Source: an uncultured Thermoplasmatales archaeon (GTDB lineage: Archaea > Thermoplasmatota > E2 > DHVEG-1). Taken from it: DNA of 64,000 nt. The notes beneath the pieces are model-generated. The model did no database searches and had not been told where the DNA came from. It saw nothing but the letters and a program-made list of their open reading frames with translations. Location of the stretch: NCBI GenBank assembly GCA_964518165.1, contig CAZFFN010000126.1, positions 11,275-75,274 on the forward strand, in the 5' to 3' direction. The position numbers and the translations under genes were made by a program. The stretch's first letter is position 1; every line of letters starts with the position of its first letter. Shown here one piece after another: positions 48,615 to 58,066 of the stretch.

Positions 48615-49184
48615 CTAATAATGGCCCCTTGATACTGGAGGTCTAGTAAATAATCTATATTTCTGTTTAGGATCCGTAAGTTCAAGCTCGATTCTTTTTG
48701 CAATTAGCTTATTAGGAGCACGTAAAAAATCAATACGATCACACATTTCTTTGAAACTTTTAAAAGGTTTTTTTCTTCTTTCATCGAGTATATCATGCAT
48801 CATTTTTTTACCAAGGCCCGGTAATAATTCTAAAACATGATATCTAGTTGAAATCGCAGGTGCTTCATTATAAAACTTTATGAATCTTTCTTCATGATCC
48901 TTTACAAGATCGAGTAAAACAAATGGCAGTTCACCATGTGCTGTTGATGTCATATCTTTATATGTTACTCTACCTTTTATTTTAGCGATTTTTTCTCTTT
49001 TTTTAGAATTCTTTCCAACATAGATTCTTTCGCCAACATTAAAATTTGTACCTTTTTTTGGGACAAGTTCTAAAAGAGTAAATTGGTTTTCACCAACACC
49101 ATAAACAGTGGGAAATCTCTTATGTGGAGGAAGATCTCCTCTACCCTTTGGCAAATAATCTAATACATATACATAGTCCTCCAC
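48615..49184 (-). CDS. DUF655 family protein (OB-fold/HhH, conserved partner of ksgA in archaea)
   Basis: MEDYVYVLDYLPKGR N-terminus and conserved gene order with ksgA and rpoF. Confidence 0.7.
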   Translation of the reverse strand: MEDYVYVLDYLPKGRGDLPPHKRFPTVYGVGENQFTLLELVPKKGTNFNVGERIYVGKNSKKREKIAKIKGRVTYKDMTSTAHGELPFVLLDLVKDHEERFIKFYNEAPAISTRYHVLELLPGLGKKMMHDILDERRKKPFKSFKEMCDRIDFLRAPNKLIAKRIELELTDPKQKYRLFTRPPVSRGHY

Positions 49185-49202
49185 TTTTATTTCCTCCCTG
49201 AT

Positions 49203-49544
49203 CTATTTTGTATAATATTTAGCTACAACATCAATTATTTGTTTAATTTCTTTATCGCCAAAATTAGTTCTTTCTTTGGCAAATAATGTTCTAACATCAT
49301 CTTTAGTTATAGGCAATATATCTGCGATTTTATATGCATGATTTTCTTTTAAAAAATCAAGCTTTTTTAATTCGCCAATAAGTTTTTTTGTATCTGTAGC
49401 ACTTATTTTAGCAAATTTTTGAGCATGTTCTAATGCAATTTTTTGTTCATAGAGAAGTTCTTCTCTTTCTTTTCTTATTTTATTTAATTTATTTTTTACT
49501 TCTGAAAGTGAAACTGGTTTTTCTTTTGAATCATTTCCAGGCAA
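49203..49544 (-). CDS. rpoF: DNA-directed RNA polymerase subunit Rpo4 (RpoF)
   Basis: 113 aa helical protein at the conserved rpl21e-rpoF-DUF655-ksgA position. Confidence 0.65.
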   Translation of the reverse strand: MPGNDSKEKPVSLSEVKNKLNKIRKEREELLYEQKIALEHAQKFAKISATDTKKLIGELKKLDFLKENHAYKIADILPITKDDVRTLFAKERTNFGDKEIKQIIDVVAKYYTK

Positions 49545-49545
49545 T

Positions 49546-49839
49546 TTATTTCACTCTCCTAAGATGTTCACTTCTAATTACCAAGCTTTTATGTTTTTTG
49601 CCATCTTTTAAACCAACGATGTAAGAATTTCCCTGTTTTCCCTCAATTTTACCTGTTTTTCCATGAAATCTGATATGAGGCATACCTTTGTGGATACCTG
49701 AATCTATCACAATATTCACATAGTCTCCTTCTTCAAATTTTTGAAGGGCTCTTGTAATTGACTTTATTCCACCATCTCGTGGTCTTTTTCTGAGTATATT
49801 TCTACTTTTACTTCTTATTCCTTTTGATCTTTTTACCAA
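49546..49839 (-). CDS. rpl21e: 50S ribosomal protein L21e
   Basis: 97 aa, MVKRSKGIRSKSRNILRKRPRDGG... Confidence 0.9.
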   Translation of the reverse strand: MVKRSKGIRSKSRNILRKRPRDGGIKSITRALQKFEEGDYVNIVIDSGIHKGMPHIRFHGKTGKIEGKQGNSYIVGLKDGKKHKSLVIRSEHLRRVK

Positions 49840-49842
49840 ACT

Positions 49843-51069
49843 TTATTCCCCCTTGACTTTTATTACATCAAGTTGTTTGACCTTGCAGGGATTGTTGAGT
49901 AGACTACTAATGCTTGGTTGTGTCCGATTATCATCACCGGTAACCAGTTCTTTTACATAGGTTCCTGATTGTGTTTCGATTTTTAGTGTTATTATAGTTT
50001 CATCTACTGACTCAATTTTGCAGTTATATATCGTTTTATTTCTAATCAAATCTGCTCGTCTATGAGCGACCCTAGAAGGGGTTTTCTGTTTTATAGTTTT
50101 GCCCTGTAATGATAAAACAACCTTTTTAAGTTTTTCGATATTTATTGGATTATTGCATTCAAAAATAATTCTATAACACTTTTTATACTTACTTTGTTTA
50201 ATTTTAGCAACTTCCTTTCTATTAGAAGATCTAAGATTTGTGACCCTTATTTTATCTTTATATTCTTGATTTATCCTATTTTCAATTTCATTTAGATTTA
50301 TATTTCTGATTTTAGGATTTTTAAGTTCTAAAACAAAAGGACGGCCATCTCCAAGCATTTTGACATCAATATCTTCTCTACCTGCTCCATGAAATGATTC
50401 ATCTTCTGATTCTGTTTCTTCCAAAAAAAACCTAGCAACTAGTTCTTCAACACTTGTATCATACAATGTACCAGAGTAGTTACATTTTCTACAACCTTTT
50501 CCTCTGCAAATCCTACAATACCATTTAGTTTGAGGTATATCTCTACTATATTTATTGTATCTACCATAAATAAAAAGAGATTTTATCTGTAGAGATACTA
50601 TATCAAATTGGGTATCTATAATAGCCATTATAGTAGGTTTTTGAAAAGAGACTTCTTTTTCCAATTTTTCTTCTAAGGTTAAACCAATTTTTCTATTTAT
50701 CTCAGATTTTATTGATTCAGAATATTCAGAATTTATTTGCCCATATATATCTTCTTCTTTTTCAAGTATATCTTCATCTACCTTTGCACCTATTAAAAAA
50801 GTTTCAAAATCATATTTTTTAAGTTCTTCATACAAAAGAGTTCTAAACTTTTCTATTTCAGAAATTAGTCCTTCACAAAGAAAACAGTTCTTTATTTTGG
50901 TTTTATCTATCTTTAATTCTTGTCTTATTTTTTCTCCTTTAACATGGTTTGGAATGTTAGGATCTTTCTTTCTAATCATTCTTCCAATGCACTGATCGCA
51001 GAGATCATATGTTTCTAATATCTTTTTTAGATTTGATATTATTTTATTATCTAATTCAAATTTATTCAT
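49843..51069 (-). CDS. pus10: tRNA pseudouridine synthase Pus10
   Basis: THUMP-like N-terminus with CDQCIGR and a CRICRGKGCRKC zinc site, 408 aa, next to rpl21e as in many archaea. Confidence 0.75.
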   Translation of the reverse strand: MNKFELDNKIISNLKKILETYDLCDQCIGRMIRKKDPNIPNHVKGEKIRQELKIDKTKIKNCFLCEGLISEIEKFRTLLYEELKKYDFETFLIGAKVDEDILEKEEDIYGQINSEYSESIKSEINRKIGLTLEEKLEKEVSFQKPTIMAIIDTQFDIVSLQIKSLFIYGRYNKYSRDIPQTKWYCRICRGKGCRKCNYSGTLYDTSVEELVARFFLEETESEDESFHGAGREDIDVKMLGDGRPFVLELKNPKIRNINLNEIENRINQEYKDKIRVTNLRSSNRKEVAKIKQSKYKKCYRIIFECNNPINIEKLKKVVLSLQGKTIKQKTPSRVAHRRADLIRNKTIYNCKIESVDETIITLKIETQSGTYVKELVTGDDNRTQPSISSLLNNPCKVKQLDVIKVKGE

Positions 51070-51399
51070 TAAAATTCCTTTGAGCGAAAGTTTGTTCCAT
51101 TATTAATATTAACTATTCTCACTTTCTTATTTTTAGGTTATAATATAAGAATACAAACATTAAAAATAAAAAGGTAGGTAAAAACCAAAAAAAATAATTT
51201 ACTCCAATTGTATATGCTAGTGTTAAAAAGAAAACTACGCCTGTAAATAGTAATAGTAAATCACCATATTTCAAATTAAATCCCTACTTAAAGCAAAATG
51301 AGTAATGCATATAAACTATTTTCTAAAAATTTTTTATAACATTAAATTTTTAATGGATAATACTATACGAGTTTAAAATCTGTTTGGAGGAAAATATTT

Positions 51400-52698
51400 A
51401 TGGTTGAAGTTAAACCTTTCAAAGGTATTACTTATAACAAAGAAAAAATTGAAGATTTAAATGATGTAATGTCACCACCTTATGACATTATTTCTGAAGA
51501 AATGCAAAACAAACTTTATGATAAACATGATAAGAACTTTGTCAGATTAATCTTAAATAAAAAACAATCTGAAGATGCTGATGAAAACAATCGGTATACT
51601 AGAGCTAAAAAATTATATAATGATTGGCTTAAAGAAAAAATACTCTTAGAGTCAGATAAAGAAGCAATATTTCCATATAAAATAACATATGAAGTTGATG
51701 GAAATGAAAAAACAATGAATGGTTTTTTTGTTCTTTTAAAACTTGATCAGGATTATGAAAAAGTAAAAGCACATGAAAGGACTCTTTCTAAACCTAAAGC
51801 AGATAGGTTGAATTTGATGAGATCATGCCATTCGAATCTTGAACCAATTCAATTGTTATATATTGATGAAAAAGATACAATCAGAGAGAAAATTGATCAG
51901 TCGATTAATTCACCTTTGATTGATGTTAAGGGTTATGATGGTTTTAAACACCAATTATGGAAAACTGAAGACAAAGATTTAATTGAAAAAGTTAAAAATA
52001 AATTAAAAGATGAAATTTTATTTATTGCTGATGGCCACCATAGGTATCAAACTGCAATTAATTTTTCTGAAGAAATGAAGAAAAAAACTGGAGATATTGA
52101 TGATAATGCTCCTTTTAACTATAGAATGGTAATTCTTGCAAATATGTTTGATGAAGGATTATCTATTCTTCCAACTCACAGACTGATTAAGATGGATGAT
52201 ATCGATATTGATAAACTTATTAAAAAACTAGAAAAATATTTTTCAATTGAAAAAATGGATATTGATAAATCAAAGAATGTAAGCAAGCATATAATGAATA
52301 AAATTAAGACAGACCATAAACATAAGTTTGCAGTTTATTTAAGAGATTGTTACTATATCCTAACTCTAAAAGATGAAAAAAGCATGGATGAGTTTGCAAA
52401 AGATAGATCAGAAACATGGAGAACCCTCGATGTTTCTATACTTCATAAAATCGTTTTAGAACATGGATTAAGTATAAATCAGGATAATTTAGAAGACCAT
52501 GTTAAATATACTAGAGACGACGATGAAGCAATTAAATTTGTTAATAATAATAAATTTGATATGTCTATTCTAATGAACGCGACAAAAATAGAGGAATTGA
52601 AAGCTATTGCTGATGCAGGGGAACATATGCCTCAAAAGTCTACATATTTTCTTCCCAAGATGCTTTCAGGCCTTGTAATGTATAAGATGGACATATAG
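51400..52698 (+). CDS. DUF1015 family protein
   Basis: N-terminal VKPFKGITYN, 432 aa. Confidence 0.6.
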   Translation: MVEVKPFKGITYNKEKIEDLNDVMSPPYDIISEEMQNKLYDKHDKNFVRLILNKKQSEDADENNRYTRAKKLYNDWLKEKILLESDKEAIFPYKITYEVDGNEKTMNGFFVLLKLDQDYEKVKAHERTLSKPKADRLNLMRSCHSNLEPIQLLYIDEKDTIREKIDQSINSPLIDVKGYDGFKHQLWKTEDKDLIEKVKNKLKDEILFIADGHHRYQTAINFSEEMKKKTGDIDDNAPFNYRMVILANMFDEGLSILPTHRLIKMDDIDIDKLIKKLEKYFSIEKMDIDKSKNVSKHIMNKIKTDHKHKFAVYLRDCYYILTLKDEKSMDEFAKDRSETWRTLDVSILHKIVLEHGLSINQDNLEDHVKYTRDDDEAIKFVNNNKFDMSILMNATKIEELKAIADAGEHMPQKSTYFLPKMLSGLVMYKMDI

Positions 52699-52946
52699 AT
52701 TATCTTCATTTTCATTTTTTCTTAATTTAGCTTTTATTTTTTTATAATTAGATTAATATAAATTTGTAAATTTTACAAATTGGTGTTTTTATTAGAAACA
52801 TATATATACTATGCAAGACAAATATTATCATGATATAGTTATACTATGTCAATTGAATATCTCTTTTAGAAGAGGCGAAGACAAAAATGAAGGAAATAAC
52901 AATATCAAAAAATTTTTTTTCAAACAAAATGGTGGTGCTTAAGTAA

Positions 52947-53057
52947 ATGAATCCAATGGTTATGGTTCTAATTGGGTTTGTTGGTGGTTTAATGACCATG
53001 ACCATCGTAAATATGTATAAATGGGCGATAAAATATTTTTATAAAGAACTGGACTAA
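52947..53057 (+). CDS. Unannotated 36-aa single-TM peptide
   Basis: ATG at 52947 with GGTGGTG 9 nt upstream, MNPMVMVLIGFVGGLMTMTIVNMYKWAIKYFYKELD. Confidence 0.35.
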   Translation: MNPMVMVLIGFVGGLMTMTIVNMYKWAIKYFYKELD

Positions 53058-53114
53058 TTAATCAAAAATCTTTAAAAACAAATAAATAATAAAAAAAAGA
53101 AAAAGATAGATATT

Positions 53115-53591
53115 TTATTTTGGTATTTTAGGAATTACTTTTTCAATTTCTTCAGATTTACCTGCATCCCATATGGCTCTAATTGCTAGTAAACCTGCTG
53201 CTGGAGCTGCAAAAACTGCTATATAACCGGTTAAACTAGTAAACAAGGATACAAAAGCTTCGTTTTGTGCAAAGCCCCAGGTATTAATAAATTGTGTTGT
53301 TGTTCCAATCATTACCAAAATCAAAGCACCTAATAAAAATGTTGGAACTTTTTCTTTTGTTATCGAGCCTATTGCAAAGAACGATAGAACTCCAACTATG
53401 AAGCCTAAAACTCCAAGTATCATTGCGATATATGCGTTTGAATCACTGTATATACCTGCACCTACAATTATTCCTGCGATTAGTGCAATAAGTACACCAA
53501 TGAGGAATAACCAACTTCCTATTTTTTTAAACATATTTTGCATGTTTTCCATCCTCTCTCCTATATTTTTGTATAACTTATAAAATATCAT
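53115..53591 (-). CDS. Integral membrane protein, hypothetical (4 TM)
   Basis: 158 aa hydrophobic. Confidence 0.5.
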   Translation of the reverse strand: MIFYKLYKNIGERMENMQNMFKKIGSWLFLIGVLIALIAGIIVGAGIYSDSNAYIAMILGVLGFIVGVLSFFAIGSITKEKVPTFLLGALILVMIGTTTQFINTWGFAQNEAFVSLFTSLTGYIAVFAAPAAGLLAIRAIWDAGKSEEIEKVIPKIPK

Positions 53592-53884
53592 ACTTATATA
53601 AGGATTTAGTGTAAACGAATAAATAGGTGCTTATTCAGGTGAACAAAAACTATTCGTTAAATGTCGATAATATACACATGAGTAACTTTTACACTTTGAC
53701 ATTTTAATAAGATATGTTTATATATTATAAACAAAAAAATCATTTATGGATCAAACCGTGGAGGGGAACTGAGATTCTTTTGATTTACCTCTTCTTGCAT
53801 CTCAAAAAAACCCCTCCTCTTTACCCCCTATTTTTAGGAAAAAATTTAAGATACAATATTTTATTCATTATATTAAGATATAAA

Positions 53885-54202
53885 ATGAAAAGTATAATGG
53901 TCGTAGATGATGAAAAAAATATTTTAGATGAGATAAAAAATATTTTGGAAAATAATGAATTTGAAGTTGTTACTGCAGAAAACAGTAAAAAAGCATTTGA
54001 ATTGATGGGATCAAAAAAAATTGATGATTTTGGTTTGATTCTAATAGACTCTTCGTTACCAGATACAAAAACCCCTGCACTATTTTCAATGAAACCAGGA
54101 GCCAACAAAGGCGTTGATACTACAAAAGAAGAAGATTTTTTACAAAAACCATTTACAAAACAACAATTAATAGACTTTGTAAAAAAGAAATTTGATGATT
54201 AA
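53885..54202 (+). CDS. Single-domain response regulator (receiver) with atypical alpha4-beta5 region
   Basis: IMVVDDEKNIL, LILIDSSLPD and LQKPF. The track's ORF start at 53714 adds AT-rich non-coding-like sequence, so the start is placed at ATG 53885. Confidence 0.6.
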   Translation: MKSIMVVDDEKNILDEIKNILENNEFEVVTAENSKKAFELMGSKKIDDFGLILIDSSLPDTKTPALFSMKPGANKGVDTTKEEDFLQKPFTKQQLIDFVKKKFDD

Positions 54203-54786
54203 ATACAATCTAAAATTTTTTGAAAATCATCTTTCATTAAAGCCATCTTATTCTTATTATATGTAACAACTGCAGGGTGAAAAACAGGGAAAATAATTAT
54301 TTTGCCAGAAACCGTTTCAATTTCGAATTTTTTACCATGAACCTTTGAAATTTTTTCTTTTGATAAATTAAATTTTTCAAAGATATATTGAGTTGCAAAA
54401 TTTCCAAGAGGAACAATAACTTTTGGATTAATAATATCAATTTGCCTATCTAAATATGGAGTACAAGTTTCAATCTCACCTGAATAAGGGTTCCTATTTT
54501 TAGGCGGTCTACATTTCAAAATATTACCTATGAAAATATCGTTTCTACTCAAATTTATAGATCCCAACAACTCCTCTAAAATTTTTCCGGCTCTTCCAAC
54601 GAAAGGCTTTCCTTGAATATCCTCATTTCTACCAGGTGCCTCACCAATGAAAAAAATATCTGAATTTTCATTTCCATCACCGGGCACAGTATTTGTTCTT
54701 GTTTTATGTAAATCACATTTTCTACAATTGCTAATTACGTTATTTAACTCTGTTAAATTCATTCTTTTAAAGAATATAAACATCAA
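54199..54786 (-). CDS. udg: Uracil-DNA glycosylase, family 4
   Basis: CRKCDLHKTRTNTVPGDG, IFFIGEAPGRNED, FVGRAGKIL. Confidence 0.85.
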   Translation of the reverse strand: MMFIFFKRMNLTELNNVISNCRKCDLHKTRTNTVPGDGNENSDIFFIGEAPGRNEDIQGKPFVGRAGKILEELLGSINLSRNDIFIGNILKCRPPKNRNPYSGEIETCTPYLDRQIDIINPKVIVPLGNFATQYIFEKFNLSKEKISKVHGKKFEIETVSGKIIIFPVFHPAVVTYNKNKMALMKDDFQKILDCI

Positions 54787-54824
54787 GTTATTTATTCTTT
54801 GGAAATATTCAGAAATGATTAAAA

Positions 54825-55244
54825 ATGAATAGTAAAGAAAAAAATAACATAATATTGATAAGACTTTTTAAAAACGAAGATGTAAATAATATGATTAAAA
54901 AAGCATGTAAAATTCATAATGCCAAAACTGGAATCATCTTATCAGGTATAGGTCAATTAAAAAATGTTACTTTAGGCTATTTTAAGAAAAAAGATGATTA
55001 TTCTCCACAGACTTTTAAAAAACCCCTAGAATTACTGAATTTAAATGGAAATATAATCAAAAGCAATGATGAATACATTCTTCATCTGCATGCAATACTT
55101 GGTGATGAAGATAAAACTACCATTGGAGGACATTTTATTGAAGGTATTGTTAGTGTTACAGGAGAAATAGCTATATTAAAAACAGATATACATGCTCTAA
55201 GAACAAAAGATGAAGAAACAGGTCTTAAAAGCTTAAGTATTTAG
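54825..55244 (+). CDS. PPC (DUF296) domain protein
   Basis: 139 aa with a DUF296-like pattern (IILIRL..., GIILSGIGQLKNVTLGYF, ILHLHAILGDEDKTTIGGH). Confidence 0.5.
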   Translation: MNSKEKNNIILIRLFKNEDVNNMIKKACKIHNAKTGIILSGIGQLKNVTLGYFKKKDDYSPQTFKKPLELLNLNGNIIKSNDEYILHLHAILGDEDKTTIGGHFIEGIVSVTGEIAILKTDIHALRTKDEETGLKSLSI

Positions 55245-55306
55245 TAAAAGTTTTTTAGCAAAAAAAATATTACTTTTACAGCTTAACCTATGTGAGGACA
55301 TAACAT

Positions 55307-55549
55307 ATGAAATTTAATCAACTCAGTGAAAGGATTAAAACTCTAAAAGATGCAAGAAAAATATTAAATTCCGAATATGAAAACACAGATTTTCACAAAA
55401 AAAAAGTTGCCAATCCGCGGTCCAGTATTCCACCATCTCCAGAAGATGAAGAAGCGATACGATTGCTTACTACAATTCAAAAAATTGACCACTATATTAA
55501 AAAATATCAAGATGAACAATTGACTATTCTTAAAAAAACTGAAGAATAA
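55307..55549 (+). CDS. Small hypothetical protein
   Basis: 80 aa, charged and helical. Confidence 0.35.
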   Translation: MKFNQLSERIKTLKDARKILNSEYENTDFHKKKVANPRSSIPPSPEDEEAIRLLTTIQKIDHYIKKYQDEQLTILKKTEE

Positions 55550-55556
55550 AAAAATT

Positions 55557-57065
55557 TTAAATTAAATTTCTCCTTATTCCAAAAAATGATTTTATTAGTA
55601 CAATTATTGGAATTATTTCAAGTCTTCCTATCCACATATTAAAAATGAGCATACTTTTTGAAATTGGCGACATTGATATATTTGTCACTCCAGATGAAAG
55701 ACCTACATTACCTTGTGCTGAGCATACTTCAAAAATTGTATTACTTAAAGAACTATGCTCAATCATTGAAACAATAATGATACCTGCCGATAGAAGAATA
55801 ACCCACATAAATGAAATTATCGCTGCTTCATTGATCAAATCCATTGCATCATCTTTAGATAAAGATTTATCACCAAGTTTATGAACAAACACGCGGCGAG
55901 GAGTGGAAATAGAACGCTTTATTCTCCAGCCAACACCTTTATAGAGAAGTATTCCTCGAAATATCTTAATACCACCAGCAGTAGAACCAGCGGCACCCCC
56001 CAGAATCATTGCAAACGAAAGTATCAGCATTGCAGGTTCTTTCCACTGTGAAAAATCTGGAATAGAAGCAAAACCGGTACAGGAAATTGCTGAAATAAAC
56101 TGGAAACCTGAGATTTTTAATGATGCAAGCCAATTACCATTATAGATATGTAGATTCATGAAAGTTAAACCAATAACTCCTAAAATTATCAATAAAATCA
56201 TTGCCTTAAACTGAGCATCAGATAAAAATTTCTTAATTCTTCCTTTCAATAAATTATAATGAGCAGCAAAAGCAATAGCTCCAAGAACCATTAAAACAAT
56301 AATAGCTAATTGACTAATCACCCCAAAACTAGAAATGCTATCATCGGTAACAGAGAAACCACCTGTCGCAAGACCGGTCATACCATGATTAATAGATTCC
56401 CATATATTCATACCATCTGAAGTAATTGCACCAATTATTATTAATGAAATAATTCCTATAACAGAATAAAGAAGAAAAATCCACCATATGGTTCTAACAG
56501 TTGAAACAATAGAAGGATGTGTTTTTTGATCTCTTGCCTCACCTTTATAAAGAACAAATGAACCAGTACCCGGACGTGCTAGAATACTAAGAGTAAGAAC
56601 TATAACACCGACTCCACCAACCCACTGTATAAGTGAACGCCAAAACTGTAGCGAATATGGAAGTAAATCTTCTCTAGCAACCATCGTTAGACCAGTTCCT
56701 GTCCAACCTGACATCGACTCAAAAAAGGCTGAAAGAGGTGCCATCGTAGCTAATGACGATTTATTATATGGAATTAAAATAAAAGGTATACTACTAATTG
56801 CTGAAATTAATAACCATCCAAGGGCTGCTGTTACCATAGCACTTTTAAAATCAGCTGGTTCGGCGTGTCTTAAAAAATAATAAAGAGGAAAACCAATTAA
56901 AAAGAAAAGAGCGGAAGTAATTAAAAATGGAGCAATGGCATCAAAACTACTAGATTGCCCAAATTCACCAAAGTACAGAGGTATAACTAGGGCAACAAGT
57001 GAAACAAAACCAATGATTATTGAGATGCCGCCAAGATCTCTTAAAACAGTTTTTAAATCACTCAT
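55557..57065 (-). CDS. trkH: TrkH/KtrB-family potassium uptake membrane protein
   Basis: 502 aa with repeated MPM motifs and selectivity-filter-like Gly (GWTGTGL, ATGGFS, CTGFAS, GSTAGGIK). Confidence 0.8.
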   Translation of the reverse strand: MSDLKTVLRDLGGISIIIGFVSLVALVIPLYFGEFGQSSSFDAIAPFLITSALFFLIGFPLYYFLRHAEPADFKSAMVTAALGWLLISAISSIPFILIPYNKSSLATMAPLSAFFESMSGWTGTGLTMVAREDLLPYSLQFWRSLIQWVGGVGVIVLTLSILARPGTGSFVLYKGEARDQKTHPSIVSTVRTIWWIFLLYSVIGIISLIIIGAITSDGMNIWESINHGMTGLATGGFSVTDDSISSFGVISQLAIIVLMVLGAIAFAAHYNLLKGRIKKFLSDAQFKAMILLIILGVIGLTFMNLHIYNGNWLASLKISGFQFISAISCTGFASIPDFSQWKEPAMLILSFAMILGGAAGSTAGGIKIFRGILLYKGVGWRIKRSISTPRRVFVHKLGDKSLSKDDAMDLINEAAIISFMWVILLSAGIIIVSMIEHSSLSNTIFEVCSAQGNVGLSSGVTNISMSPISKSMLIFNMWIGRLEIIPIIVLIKSFFGIRRNLI

Positions 57066-57123
57066 ATCTATTATTTCTCCTTACCACTCTTTTGTTTTAT
57101 AGCAAAAAATAAAAATCAAGTAC

Positions 57124-58038
57124 TTAATTATTCCTAATTTCACTAATTTTTTCTTTAATTTCTTTTTTTATCTGATCAGAAACAACATTATTTGTAAACG
57201 CATCAGCTCTTACAGCAACAGATATTTTATTTGCAATAGTTCTAGCTATTTTCCCTCTTTTTGATCTAGGAGCTCTATTTATCTCACTAAGTTGGAAAAT
57301 AATTCCATGTTTTGGTGGTTTTCCTCCTTGTTTTTTGAATCTAAATAATGCTTTTTCAGCACCTAAAACTTGTATTGTTGAAGAAGGTAGTAAAGCTAGT
57401 TTTTTAAGAGATCCTGCATAGGAAATTAATCGTGCTCCTATTAGAGGACCTACAATTTCTGATAGATTAGGAGCAATTTTTTCCATATCATTTCCAATTT
57501 TATTCTGAAGTTTTTTGATGTCTTTTTCTAACTCAGATATAGAATCAATCAAAGGGCTCATCCTGTCTTTTGATGTTTTAATTTCTGACCATGTATTATA
57601 TCTTTCATTTAATAGATTTTGAATATGAATAAAATCATCAACTGTATCTATCATCTGAATTACTTGTAAATCAATTGTTTCTAGATTATTTTTCACTTCA
57701 TTTTTTGTAAGATTAAGAATACCTTTTTGGAGTAAACCTTCAGGGTAATTAAAATCTGATGGATTTATCTCTACTTTTTTAAAAAAAGGATTTTTGTTAT
57801 CAACTATACCTAAATCACTTAGCCTAGATTCATTTACTATGATTTTATCTTTATCCTGTGATTCAATTATCTTTCTTTCTTCAGCTAAAACCTTGTTCTC
57901 TCTAATATTTTTTAGTTTTTTTAAGATTTCTTCCTCATTTTTATTAAAAAGGATTTTTTTCTTTATTCCTTTATCATCTAAAAGAAAACTTCCAAACCAT
58001 TTTGTTATCAAATACATGTTATATTTTAATATCTTCAA
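57124..58038 (-). CDS. nop5: C/D box snoRNP protein Nop5 (Nop56/58 homolog), short form
   Basis: NOP domain GARLISYAGSLKKLALLPSSTIQVLGAEKALFRF...KHGIIFQ, 304 aa. Confidence 0.8.
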   Translation of the reverse strand: MKILKYNMYLITKWFGSFLLDDKGIKKKILFNKNEEEILKKLKNIRENKVLAEERKIIESQDKDKIIVNESRLSDLGIVDNKNPFFKKVEINPSDFNYPEGLLQKGILNLTKNEVKNNLETIDLQVIQMIDTVDDFIHIQNLLNERYNTWSEIKTSKDRMSPLIDSISELEKDIKKLQNKIGNDMEKIAPNLSEIVGPLIGARLISYAGSLKKLALLPSSTIQVLGAEKALFRFKKQGGKPPKHGIIFQLSEINRAPRSKRGKIARTIANKISVAVRADAFTNNVVSDQIKKEIKEKISEIRNN

Positions 58039-58066
58039 AGCAGTTTAAAATACTTTATGTTTAAAT

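Noticed and set aside
53714-53884. N-terminal 57-aa extension of the track's ORF 53714..54202
   Set aside because: The extension translates the AT-rich, C-rich inverted-repeat leader into implausible sequence (MFIYYKQKNHLWIKPWRGTEILLIYLF...). The receiver domain begins cleanly at ATG 53885 (MKSIMVVDDE).
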